DNA of 39,848 nucleotides from Nemertoderma westbladi (GCA_032718475.1 JAUCBJ010006977.1:1-39848); one strand, 5' to 3'; counted from the stretch's first letter, positions 24,721 to 36,600 are shown. Numbers and translations: made by a program. Notes: generated by a model from the letters alone, not told the origin.

Positions 24721-25216
24721 CATCGTTTAAGGCCGACTTATTATTTTATATATCCAACCATTAAAACTTTACTGTTTTAATTTTATCATAAGGCCGATTC
24801 CATGGGTATTTCTCTCTATCCAACCGATTATCACAATATGACTGTGGGTAATCTTCCATAGTCATAAGGGATTCCATGGGTATTTCTCTCTATCCAACCG
24901 ATCTATCACAATATCATGTTTGTTTAGACCTCTATTCACCACTGGCCGGTTCCTTTCCACCCTTCACTCGAAATTGCTTATTCCTAAGTCATCTGCCACT
25001 GATATTTCCTTGAAGACTATTTCTCCATTGCTTAATTTGTAAAATTGAAAATCAATCACTGATGTTGCTAGTACCTTAGGTAATACACCAACCGAATAAG
25101 AATTTCCACTCATATTATATATAGCTTCCAAACATGGATTAATTCAGGATATGTATTGATTATAGTTTGAGAACATTAATAATTATATTAATAATAATAA
25201 ATTACAGACATTTTTT

Positions 25217-25660
25217 TTAATCCTTTTGAACAATTTTTGCATAGTTACGAAACCAACATGCAAGTATCTTTTCATTTAAAAACAGATTATCAGTAAATAT
25301 CCCCAATGGATTATGTATATAAGGTCTTTTAGTCAAATAAAAAATCACATACCCTCCACATGTAGTAAACTTTGGGTGTTGGTAGATACGCCTTGTTCGT
25401 CTCCATGTCATTGTATTATTATTCAACCAAGTTTCTATTTGAGGTGGAGGATACTGACCAAATGAGTCAAAATATTCAGCTCTGTGATTGTTACCATAAA
25501 TACAGACCCAATGGGAACCAGGTAAATGACTGCCTTGGGTATTACTTATTAAACCAAATTCCTGACCTTTATTCCCCAACTTCGGTATTTGGTTACTGGC
25601 AAAGCAACCTAAATAGTGTTTACCAATTTCAAAGTTCTTTAAGTCTCTAGAATTTAGCAT
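25217..25660 (-). CDS. Adenain-family (C5) cysteine maturation protease
   Basis: NT...PGSHW, EYFDSFG and YQ.....TCG: catalytic H/D/C plus oxyanion Q. Confidence 0.93.
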   Translation of the reverse strand: MLNSRDLKNFEIGKHYLGCFASNQIPKLGNKGQEFGLISNTQGSHLPGSHWVCIYGNNHRAEYFDSFGQYPPPQIETWLNNNTMTWRRTRRIYQHPKFTTCGGYVIFYLTKRPYIHNPLGIFTDNLFLNEKILACWFRNYAKIVQKD

Positions 25661-25663
25661 TGT

Positions 25664-26912
25664 TTAGAATATGCGAACTTGTCCATCGAGACTGATTGTC
25701 ATCATTGCATCATATCCACATAATAGAATCACATTTACTGTCTCAGGTAAACCAGTCCCAAAATGCAATTTCAATATTCCATTGGAAAATTGTTTTGGTT
25801 GAAATTGGTCAATTAAGTCGTTATTAGCTGTAAGGTCCCATATCACCCACGGATAGTAGTTTTTGTAATCATCAGGTTTAATAGCATTTCCTGATCCAAG
25901 CATATAATCATTCAAAGTCAATTGAAAGGCAAGGTATTCATTCATGAAAGTATCGTTGGGAAAATTAGGTTTAAATGCCCTTCCTCCAATTATTTTCCCA
26001 TCAACATTCAATTCGGCATGATTTATATTAAAATGATTAAATAATAAAGGGTCGGATGTAAATGATCCACTGTAGGCTAAATTGGTCTGCATTGCCATGA
26101 CAACAAATTTAGGTAAAGTACCTTGAAATGGGTCATTTCGGGTATGTGTGTTGGTTCCTCTTGCAATAGTAAATGTTGTAACAAGATGTTTGTTTAAAGG
26201 AAATTTAAAATCATCCTTTTGAAGACCCATTTGATGTGCTCGCATTATTTCACTATCTAGTTCATACCTAGTCACGTGACATACGGCATAGGTAATTTGA
26301 ACACGAGGGTTTGTTACATTACCATCAGATTTGATAAAAAATGAATTTGAATGACGTGTAAATCTAATTTTAATTGAAACACCAGGAGGAGTTGCTTTTC
26401 CTTGGGCAAAAATGTCACTAATTATAGGACCAACGATTTGACGCTTATGTTTATTAGGGGCAATAACATTAGCAACAGCAATTCATTCCATTTGTATCAC
26501 TTGGTTTAACGAATCCACCGGCTTGTAATGTTGTTTTCTTGAGATCATTGTCTGAGAATAAAATAACTTGGAATATACCTTTCTGTGCATAATGATTATT
26601 TGCCGTCTCAACTTCTTGATCATTAAGGAATACTTGTAGGTTACTAAATAGTGTATTAATAGGATAGTTTGTATGATGGACTAAAGCCTCCCCCTCACGA
26701 GCATCCCAGCCAACTTCATAATGAATTTCCAATAGCGTCTTATGCAGTGGCGTATAGAAGCGATCAGATGTCCCAAAATCGAATTCATTAATGAGTGAAC
26801 TCGCATGCAAAGGAGATATAAGGTGGACTTCCTGTACATGACAAGATGCAAATTCAGTTTGCGATAGTTTAGAATCAAATAGAGCAATTTCTCTTTTTGT
26901 TACAGTTGCCAT
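25664..26912 (-). pseudogene. Major capsid protein (double jelly roll), one frameshift near 26480
   Basis: NYPINTLFSNLQVFLND, then the frame of ORF 25664 is open upstream (GPIISDIFAQGKATPPGVSIKIRFTR) through GTLPKFVVMAM, AYSG...DP..F.HF and WDLT; adjacent to the protease. Confidence 0.88.
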
Positions 26913-26988
26913 TATTATTATTATTAACCAAATATATCTTCACAATGTTTGTTCTTCTTTTTCTTCCTAATTCCCTGTCGACCTTCGT

Positions 26989-27489
26989 TTATAGTCCTGT
27001 TTTTAAGACCTCTTTATAAATTTGTTTAGCTACTTTTCGTGTACTAGGCTTCATTCGAGAAGCTGCCTTAATTGCTATATGTTTTACTTTTTTTTTAATA
27101 AGTTTTTTTCCAGCTGGTATAACTGATTTTCGTACAAATTTTCCAACTTTAGGTATTGCTTTCTTTACAGCCACTTTAGCTATTGGCTTGGCTACTTTTA
27201 TAACTGTTCTTAATATGTTACCGAGAATACCCTTCCCTCTTTGGACATTGTATCTTCCATTAGGGAAGTAACCAATTGGTAGTGACTGACCTTTTCTAAC
27301 TCGTCCATAAATTCCAGGACTCAAACCACCTTTAAATACACCCAAGTGACTTCCACCTTTAAAAATTCCTAAATCTGCTCCACCAATCTGAGGCTTATTA
27401 TACAAATTGAATAAAGTATCTGATCTCATGCCTTGAAACTTATTATTATTATTATTATTATTATAAATATGATATGAAATAGAATTCAT
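26989..27489 (-). CDS. Basic Gly/Lys-rich virion core or membrane-active precursor protein
   Basis: QIGG and FKGG adenain-like cleavage motifs; QRGKGILGNILRTVIKVAKPI amphipathic basic segment; lies between penton and MCP. The real start may be the internal Met at ~27429. Confidence 0.65.
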   Translation of the reverse strand: MNSISYHIYNNNNNNNKFQGMRSDTLFNLYNKPQIGGADLGIFKGGSHLGVFKGGLSPGIYGRVRKGQSLPIGYFPNGRYNVQRGKGILGNILRTVIKVAKPIAKVAVKKAIPKVGKFVRKSVIPAGKKLIKKKVKHIAIKAASRMKPSTRKVAKQIYKEVLKTGL

Positions 27490-28166
27490 TAAATCTCCTT
27501 AAAATGTAGGGTTATAGTAGCATCACCATACTGGAAATGAATTGGATAGTTATTATCTGATCTTAGTAAAATTGTTAACTGTTTTATTTCAGCGGCTTTT
27601 TTCACACGTTTATAATGAATATGTTCGCATTCATGTTGAATAATATCACCATATCTACCCACAATAGGTATTGTTCTTAGAAGTTGCATATGATAATTAT
27701 TAACTTCTTGCGGTTCTATGAAATTACAAATTATATTTATATTAGGTTCAACCTTATCTATTGGACCGCATATATTTATTGGTATATAATTAGACCTTTT
27801 ATATGCTCTACCATGTTTAATAATTGTATATCCTTGATAACCAAATTGTTCATCCGTTTGACATATATATCCAGCACGAATTTTGTGTTCTTCTACTCCG
27901 AAATAGTTTATTAGATCACCTCCAATGAATAATTTCTTGTTGTTATTTTTAAATTTAATGTCAACCTTTCTTGTATTTACATTGTAATAAAACTGAAATC
28001 GTTTTCCTTGTCGACTATTATTATAGTAATTTATAACAGAAACAATATCCGTGAAGGAGCCTTCTGGTAATTGTGTTATGATAGGAGGTTCTCTGATCGA
28101 TTCTGATATGATAACTGTGTTATTATTTGAAGTATGTAGCGAAGAATCATATGTAATTTCTGATAA
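27489..28166 (-). pseudogene. Minor capsid (penton) protein, N-terminally truncated
   Basis: Frame is open from ~28166: LSEITY...LPEGSF...ICNFIEPQEVNNYHMQLLRTIP...IHFQYGDATITLHFK; no start codon because of the deletion junction with pPolB. Confidence 0.8.
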
Positions 28167-28169
28167 CTT

Positions 28170-31100
28170 AGAGAGTCTGTATATATATCAAAGTGCTTAT
28201 GGTTTGGCTTTGATAAAAGTTGCTCACATTGCTTCTTATTATTGCACAATCTAAAGTTAAGACGGTTCCTCAGGTTCTCCATTGTTTTACCAAATAAAGA
28301 ATTGTTTAAAAGTTTATAAAAGTCTTTTTCAAATTTATTTTTAGCATTTTTACGTTTATCAATATTGAAATATATATAATCACGAAATATATAACCTTGC
28401 TTGAATTTATATAATCTGTGAATTTTTGTAACTTTCATTCCATGACTTAAATAAAACTTAAGCAGTTCTAAATGGAGACCATATGCAACCTTATTAAACT
28501 GATTAAGCAAAAGTTTTTCTGTAGAGTGGTATTTCTTAGCCTTAGGGTTAGCATCTGTAGAGGTTGCGGTCTTATTGTGTTGATTCCATAGTTCTTTTTG
28601 ATAATTGCTCAAAAATTGTTCATTTGGTTGTAATTTTTCAGGACAAAATGGCAGATCTGCTGTTATGTCATGTATGTTATCAGGGTAGTCTAAGTCAACA
28701 ACTGCCAGATATCCAATATCACCAGAAGTGTCTAAGCTCATCAAATCAATATGATCAATATTAGTCACTTGTAAATAGTTAGAGCAAGGGAGTTTCTCTG
28801 CTAAACATCCTGCATATAGAGAATTAAAGTCAATATTTAATAAATGACACTCTGGTTCTGAACTCTTATAATTATCAGTGCCTGGAATATTTGCCTGTAT
28901 ATAGTGAGTAGAAACATATGTCATCCCACCTCGTATGGACTTTTCTATCTCTTCATATGTATCTTGATTACTTAAGAGATGCAATTTCGTTTTTGTAAAC
29001 TTTAATGCTGCATCCCAAGTCATGGAAAAAGCTGTTAGGAAGTGGGCAGGATCTAAACCATAGTTAGAAAAACATAGTTGTCGAAAATTCTCAAAAATAT
29101 CTGCTAGTAAACAAGTATCAAGGTGTAAGTACGCTATTAAATAATCAAATAATGTATTACACTTGAACAATGACCAAGATTTCTTTGCCCTATTATAGTC
29201 TTCCGGTTCACAGTGACTTAACATTAATTTACTATAGAATTGTTCTATAGGTGGGAGGTGGGTCTGATCTAGTTTGTCGAGACTAGTTATTGCTTCATAT
29301 GGGAAGACTCCCTTGCTCTTTAATATATCATATGTTACAGCTGGGTATAAGGTTCTCATCTGTTGAACTGTATGAGGAAGTACAGATTCTAAGTTATTGA
29401 TGTCATCTGTTAAAAAATAAGCAAGTTGGCCTAAAGAATGGGCCATAAAATTAAAGCTGTCTATAAATTGTATATGAATTTGATTCCTGTTGCTTTTTGG
29501 TTCATTAACTTTGTATGGAATTGTACCTTTTATGGTTATATACTTTTCGGTTGTCTGTGCTATTGTCTCCATTTTCCAGTCTGAATGCTGATTATTTGCA
29601 AATGCTTGGGTTAAAACCAGATGGCTGTCAAAACCCTTAAAGTTATGAAATACAACTGTCATATGATTTCTTTTTAAACTCAATTTTCTATTGCATTTAC
29701 GACAAGCAGCGCCCCTGTACTCCCCTGTATAATGATTATGCTCCATAATTTTATCTGTATCTTGCTCTGTATTATTTGATGTTTGTTGATTTTCTACAGT
29801 TAATTTTATATCACATAGGTAGCATTTTTTTGATGAATGAAAACTTTCCATTTGTGTCCTACTTAGTATTATCTTTTTCTTTGTATTTTCTAGTGACCAA
29901 GTATAAAGTTCCCGGAAATGATTTTCTAGAGATGTGAGGAATTCGTCTATGCAGTTAGTTGTAGGTGTTTGTTTGAAAGTTGCTAAGAATTGTTTTGGAG
30001 GGCTAACTAATTCTTTATATGGGATCGTGAGGTAGCTGGCAGCGGATGGTAGCAATATATTAGTATACTTAACATTATCATTTGATTTAATAATGCATTC
30101 AAAGTCCGCATATGTAATGAATGGTAACGGTATTGTTCTATCAAATCTTGTGAATTCTACCTTTAGCTGATGCTGAGTTGGCATTGATGTTATCTGTGGT
30201 TTTCCCTGGTAGCAAAGTATTCTATGTTGTTGAAGAGCATTGCTAGTATAATAACCTCTGCAACACCGCTGACATCTATTACAATGGGTATCAGTCCCAT
30301 CCCCTACCGTACTGTTCAGTAGTCTATTTAAATTGCTGATTGCACAGTAGTGATTTGGTTGGCCATGTCGTTTTTCTATTAATAATAAGTTTAGTAGTTC
30401 TTTTCCCTCTACCTTTGAACCTTCAGGCTGTCGTAATATCTCTACTTTACTTTCAGTGTTATACAAGAGTAAATTTATAGCTATATTTTTGTTTTTTCTT
30501 TCAAATTTGTCAATATCATCATTACAATTAGTTGGAAACCCTATATCACTAAAATCAAAATAGTTTACCCATTGGCTATACAAACTTTTTCTATTTTTAT
30601 GACTTGTTATTTGTTTATGGAATTTTGCACAAATGCAGGCATCTCTAAAACATTCAGATTGGTTTCCACCTTCTATATTAATTATACAGTGTTTATCTCT
30701 TAAAGTTTTCGGGATAAATCCTCCATGACCCTTTAAATATATGTCTTTACTATAGCTACCTACTCTTACTTCAATATGTGACATCCCTATTATATACCAG
30801 CCAGAACCACGAGTAATAAAACTCGCAACCTGTTCTAAAATATAGGATATACTATCCCCAAACCAATAGTTAAATTCAGATTCGCTATTAATTATATTAT
30901 CATTATTCCCTCTAGAATTAAAAACAAATGTACCCCTATCCCTGACTCCATCACCATCCTCCCTCTCCATATCTATATATACCGATAACGTCATTCTAAT
31001 AAATCTATGTGATCCTATTGTTTCTGTATCATGCATGATATTTGTATTATTTGACATTGTAAAAATATTACGTACATTGTTTTCATTGTGTTGCAGAACC

Positions 31101-32111
31101 CCCTCAATGTCCGGGTTGTGACTGTTTATATCACATCTAAAGTACTTTAAACAGCCATCATGGCAGTTTCGCCGCTCTACAAAGCTGTCTTCATCCTCCT
31201 CACGATCATGGATATGAACTGGTGACTGTGACATTGGCATCAGCGAAGATGATGATGATGATGATAATTGGGGATTGCTGCTCTGAGCAGTTGTCTGAAC
31301 AGGAATCATCACTTGTGGCTCACTGACTATAGGTGGCGTAGCAAACTCTACTGGTTGTCTCATCATCATATCAGATGGTTGAGTTATTGCTGTAGATGGT
31401 ATAGTGTATGGGACTGGTGGTGGTAAAGATAATGATGATGCCGACATTGATGATGATGATGATGGTAATGGTATCAGTTGTGTCATAGATGTTGATGTCA
31501 GTGGTATCACTGATGGTACTACTAGAGCCGAAGCTGACATTGGTGGTGGTGGTGGTGATGGTGGTGGTGGTAGCTGTGGAGATGGCGGTGGTGGTGGTGG
31601 CGGTGGCAGTGGAGGAATCATAAACCAAGGTTCAATCATGTCATATGTTGATGGATAGTTTGAAAACAGATTGATGTACTGCGCTGATGTGCTAGGAATC
31701 ACCACTTTGCGGCTCTCTGTCTATAGGTGGTGTAGGAAACTCTACTATCGGTGGTCTCATAAGCAGAAAAGATGATGTAGTCATTGGTGGAGGTTGTATA
31801 CTGTATGGGATTGGTGGCATACTCATTGGTGGGGGCATGGTGTAATGAATTGTTGGCATATAATTGGTATCCAGAGTTGAAATCTTAGTAGGACTAGTTG
31901 ATTGTTTAAAACGCTTGGAAGGAGAATGGTCTGGAGTGGTTATGATTTGTTGATCGCAATTGTGACTTACGTAGTTTTCTAGCGTTAATATATTTAAACA
32001 TGTTGGGCATTGTTGTGTAGAGGATGGTTCTCGGATATGCTGTGTACGTAAATGTCTGGTGTAATTTTTCTTTAAGGTTGATATGGGACATAAGGCGCAT
32101 TGTCGATTCAT
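28170..32111 (-). pseudogene. pPolB lineage B: +1 frameshift at ~31707, C-terminus deleted
   Basis: Zn-finger ORF 31692-32111 plus ORF 28076-31705 with YADFE, HNFKGFDSH, FIDSF, KGVFPY, DFNSLY and KLLNNSLFGKT; motif C (DTDS) is missing. Confidence 0.93.
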
Positions 32112-32329
32112 TTCTGTAAAAAATTAGAAATGAAAATGAATGATAAAATGAAATTGATGAATGAATGAAACAAAATGAAAAAATATAAAATGAAATGATG
32201 TTGCATTCGATATCTTATATATTTTTTTTTATATTTTATTTCGATTTAAGTCATTTATATTATGCTACCTTAATATATAAAATATGAGAAAGAGAAAGGC
32301 TAGGCGATCCTTAGCAATAGAAAAAAACA

Positions 32330-32700
32330 GTATGGTACGGTACAGTGCACAGTATGGTACGGTACAGTGCACAGTATGGTACGGTACGATACTGTGCACT
32401 GTATGGCACGGTATAGTGCACAGCATGGTACGGTAGAGTACATTGCACAGTACGGTATGGTATGGTACAGTGCACAGTACGGTACGGTACGGTATGGTAC
32501 ATTGCACTGTATGGTACATGTACTCCTGTATTGCACCTGTAGTGCACCTGTATAGTACGGTACGGTACAGTGCATCTGCACGAATTATTGTACAGTGCAC
32601 ATGAACAGTGCACCTTACAGTTTGGTACACAGCGCATAGTATGGTATGGTACAGTCGTACAGTGTACCTGTGTACAGTAAGGACGATTCACGGTACCTAA
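32330..32700. repeat. Degenerate pentanucleotide simple repeat (TACGG/TACAG/TATGG)
   Basis: Directly visible; explains the overlapping low-complexity ORFs here. Confidence 0.85.
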
Positions 32701-32793
32701 AGTACCCACAACGTATTACTTGAACTATTATTATTATTATTATGGGTTTGTTCAGAAGTGGAAAAAATGGGAGCGCGTCACCGGGGGTTGAAC

Positions 32794-32841
32794 CAGCGCT
32801 ATACGCACGTTTCGGCCTAACAGGCCTCATCAGTAGCGCTA
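32794..32841 (-). ncRNA. Minimal type I hammerhead ribozyme (mirror copy)
   Basis: Reverse complement of 33203-33250. Confidence 0.85.
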
Positions 32842-33202
32842 ACCAGCTCAGCCACTAGCCCCTGACACTCGCAGTCCCACCTAATCCACTTCTATTGAAC
32901 GGGCAGTCTTAAGTTGCAAATATTCTATCTCTAACAGCGGACCTAATGGCCTCAAGTATGCTAGAGTGAAACAGGAGGGAAGTACAAATAAATAAATATT
33001 CAGCTCGGTATTGCCGGTATTCAGCTCGGTATATACCGAGCTGAATATTTATTTATTTGTACTTCCCTCCTGTTTCACTCTAGCATACTTGAGGCCGTTA
33101 GGTCCGCTGTTAGAGATAGAATATTTGCAACTTAAGACTGCCCGTTCAATAGAAGTGGATTAGGTGGGACTGCGAGTGTCAGGGGCTAGTGGCTAAGCTG
33201 GT

Positions 33203-33250
33203 TAGCGCTACTGATGAGGCCTGTTAGGCCGAAACGTGCGTATAGCGCTG
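33203..33250 (+). ncRNA. Minimal type I hammerhead ribozyme
   Basis: TAGCGCTA-CTGATGA-GGCC TGTTA GGCC-GAAAC GTGC GTA-TAGCGCTG: stem I, conserved core, stem II, short stem III and GUA cleavage triplet. Confidence 0.88.
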
Positions 33251-33552
33251 GTTCAACCCCCGGTGACGCGCTCCCATTTTTTTCCACTTCTGAACAAACC
33301 CATAATATTACACCTTTAATTACAGTTGCAACAGCTCATCTCCAATTTATTTAATTATTATTATTAATATTATTCGTATAAAACTCACTTGAATTATAAT
33401 AATTTTCTAGTAATTATCGTTCTGAGGTATATCTTGCTTTCCTTCTTCGTCTACACAACGCAAAATGATGAATTGACAATGATCAACAATTAATGGTTTT
33501 TGATAATAATAATAATAATAATATAAGGCTAAACAAAAACAATGAAAACTTT

Positions 33553-33980
33553 TTTACCTGTAAGTCGATAACAGTTAATACAATGATTATATTTTTGTAT
33601 GCGTCTTAAATACAAAATGAAATTTTAATGGAATTTTTGTGGAATTTTGATGGAACTTTCTGGAGAGCCAATCGCGTTGTACTTTTGGGCGGAGAAAATT
33701 TGAATCAGGCGAAATCTTAAACCCTGTGAAAAGGATTAAAACATTTTGTGGATGAATGCGATCATTTTCAACCAGAGCGTATAATTTGCTTAATAGTAGT
33801 CAATGGAGTAATGCTTAGGATAATAATGAATGATGTGTCACCACGGCACCAATAGTAATTATGTATTTTTCATTGACCAGGATAGGTCTAGACAGATAAA
33901 CTCGTTTAATAATGCACAGCAATGAGGTGTATTTTCTCTAGACATAACTTTTTCTTGAACTTTTCGCCACCATATACAAT
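33553..33980 (-). promoter_or_regulatory. Duplicated upstream/leader region; copies at 34456-34516 plus 35821-36185, and a partial inverted copy at 36461-36529
   Basis: Near-identical TTTACCTGTAAGTCGATAACAGTTAATACAATGA... blocks; contains CCAAT and a CAG|GTAAA donor-like site on the minus strand. The duplication is seen directly; promoter function is inferred. Confidence 0.6.
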
Positions 33981-34101
33981 AGGAACAATAATACAATATA
34001 CATGGCTGCACCAATTATTAATCGCCAAGTACATACAATTTATACACCAATAATAATTACATAACAATTTATACTAGGGTGCGGAGAATCGCATCATCAC
34101 A

Positions 34102-34389
34102 TCAATCCCACACCTCTTCTCCCCACACCGCCAGACATTCAATTTCTTCTCCTTTCTTCTCCACTTTTTTCTCTTCTTTTAATTTCTCAAAAATGGAGCT
34201 CCTATTTCTGTATTCACAAAATTGTAGATGATGTTCCCTTTCGGCTTCTCTAAAGCTATGCGCAACTTCAAAGGGACACTGTACCATTTTTTGGCCAGGA
34301 AAGTTCTTGCGGCATTTTCTTAGATGTTTGACGTATTTCTCCGAATGAATCCGGTGCGTGGCATCATAGGGGCAAATAAAGTACTCCAT
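34102..34389 (-). CDS. GTSF1: GTSF1/Asterix-like protein (two CHHC U11-48K-type zinc fingers, acidic Trp tail), intact, inside the Polinton
   Basis: CPYDATHRI......KHLRKCRKN and CPFEVAH.......EHHLQFC match GTSF1 CPYDKNHQI...YHLIKCRKN and CPFNARH...SHHISSC; ends WGEEVWD. Confidence 0.9.
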   Translation of the reverse strand: MEYFICPYDATHRIHSEKYVKHLRKCRKNFPGQKMVQCPFEVAHSFREAEREHHLQFCEYRNRSSIFEKLKEEKKVEKKGEEIECLAVWGEEVWD

Positions 34390-34516
34390 AGTAACAAAAA
34401 GACAAATTTAGTAAGATTTACTTTAAAAAAAAACTTTGAAAAACTTCACTTAATGTTTACCTGTAAGTCGATAACAGTTAATACAATGATTATATTTTTG
34501 TATGCGTCTTAAATAC

Positions 34517-35820
34517 ACGAAGTGGGGCCTTCGCGCAGCACGTGACTTAAATTTAATTTAAGTACTAATTCGAAAGTATTACTGTATTAGCAAATTTTAA
34601 GCAGATTTCGCCTAATCACTTTTTACCTCTTTCATTTCTATTCAGACATTTCTGACTCTAGCGGTATAGTGAGAACTGAAGATGGATTAGGGTCTCCAGC
34701 CCCACAAAGACACAGCCTATGGATGAATAGTACATACGTACATCGGCCAAGTTTCATCTTGAATAACGGATAACGAAATGAGAGACGGATCTCACTTTCA
34801 GAAATTTCGTCGTATAGCGGCAGACCGATTAAATCTCCCCCCCGCCCCACAAAGACGCAGCATGTGGTCCAGAATATATGGCAAGATTCAGCTTAAACTG
34901 ATAAAAATCAATGAGACGGGAGAATCTATTCACTTTCAGGCATAAAGTAGTCCTATAGCGGGTGACTGTTGAACTGATTTTCAACAAAACAAATTTTCAA
35001 CTTGGCAGCTTTAAATTCGACAAAGTTATAAGCATGTCAATATCATAACGACGACAACGATTTCACTTTCAGACATTTGGCCCTCTAGCGGCAGACTGGA
35101 GAACTGCAGATGGATTCGCCTCCTTTGAAAGTCACAGCTAATGGTCTAATACATATCTGCCAAGTTTCAGCTTAAACGGATTAAAAGCAAAGAAATGGGA
35201 GGGCATTTAATGTTTAGACATGTGGCCCTCTAGCGGGAGACCATTGCACTGATGGTGTCTGAAAGTCTCTCAAAAATCTCAACTTTAGCTCATATTGATA
35301 CCTACAAATTTTCAACTTGGCAGCTTTAAATCCGACAAAGTTATTAGCATGTCAAAATCGTAACGATGACAACGATTTCACTTTCAGACCTTTGGCCCTC
35401 TAGCGGCAGACTGGAGAACTGCAGATGGATTCGCCTCCTTTGAAAGTCACAGCTAATGGTCTAATACATATCTGCCAAGTTTCAGCTTAAACGGATTAAA
35501 AGCAAAGAAATGGGAGGGCATTTAATGTTTAGACATGTGGCCCTCTAGCGGGAGACCATTGCACTGATGGTGTCTGAAAGTCTCTCAAAAATCTCAACTT
35601 TTGCTCATATTGATACCTACAAATTTTCAACTTGGCAGCTTTAAATCCGACAAAGTTATTAGCATGTCAAAATCGTAACGACGATGACGACGACGACAAC
35701 GACGACGACGACGACGACGATGACGACAACGACGACGACGACGACAACTATTTGCATAAATTGACCCACCCCCTAACAGTGTCAATTCGCTAAGGCTCCG
35801 CCAACTTCGTGGCTCGCCCC
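34517..35820 (-). mobile_element. Non-autonomous Helentron-associated (HINE/DINE-1-like) insertion
   Basis: Interrupts the duplicated block (empty site AAATACAAAATG at ~33608). Short subterminal IRs GTGGGGC/GCCCCAC, (GAC)n microsatellite at ~35679-35747, and 315-bp internal tandem units at 34991, 35306 and 35621. Confidence 0.7.
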
Positions 35821-36600
35821 ACAAAATGAAATTTTAATGGAATTTTTGTGGAATTTTGATGGAACTTTCTGGAGAGCCAATCGCGTTGTACTTTTGGGCG
35901 GGAAAATTTGAATCAGGCAAAATCTTAAACCCTGTGAAAAGGATTAAAACATTTTGTGGATGAATGCGATCATTTTCAACCAGAGCGTATAATTTGCTTA
36001 ATAGTAGTCAATGGAGTAATGCTTAGGATAATAATGAATGATGTGTCACCACGGCACATGTATTTTTCATTGACCAGGATAGGTCTAGACAGATAAACTC
36101 GTATAATTATTTAATAATGCACAGCAATGAGGTGTATTTTCTCTAGACATAACTTTTTCTTGAACTTTTCGCCACCATGTACAATCATGTATTTTCCATT
36201 AACCGAGATAAGTCTAGACATATAAAATCTTATAATTATTTAATAAGAAATTGGATGCATCTGTCGTTTCTTTTCTTTGCTACATAACCTTTAATTTTAT
36301 TGATGGTCTTTAAACAACCAATGAATGAACGCTGAACTATACATGATCAGACTTGTTCCCCTAGTGACTTGTCATTCTGACGTAGGTTTAATTTTTCACT
36401 TGATTCAAACTTATCCCATCTAAAAAGTACAACCTGATTGGCTCTCGAGATCATAGCATCAAAAATTCCATTAAAATTTCATTTTGTATTTAAGACGCAT
36501 ACAAAAATGTAATCATTGTATTAACTGTTTTTACTGCCTTAGTAAAAAAGTAAAAAAGTCTTATTCTACAACACATTATTCTTAAATATAGAAACTAACA

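Larger units (their letters stand above)
32738..33307. mobile_element. ~570-bp near-perfect palindrome; inverted Penelope-like pseudo-LTR pair
   Basis: Arms 32738-33011 and 33033-33307 with about two substitutions seen; each arm carries a minimal hammerhead. Confidence 0.8.

Noticed and set aside
31371-31658. Gly/Asp-rich and Thr-rich ORFs
   Set aside because: Antisense or alternate frames of the Pro/Ser-rich pPolB linker.
32265-32830. Several overlapping Cys/Tyr/Thr-rich ORFs
   Set aside because: Products of a pentanucleotide simple repeat and the palindrome arm.
35627-35824. Arg-rich protamine-like ORF
   Set aside because: Translation of the (GAC/GTC)n microsatellite in the HINE-like element.
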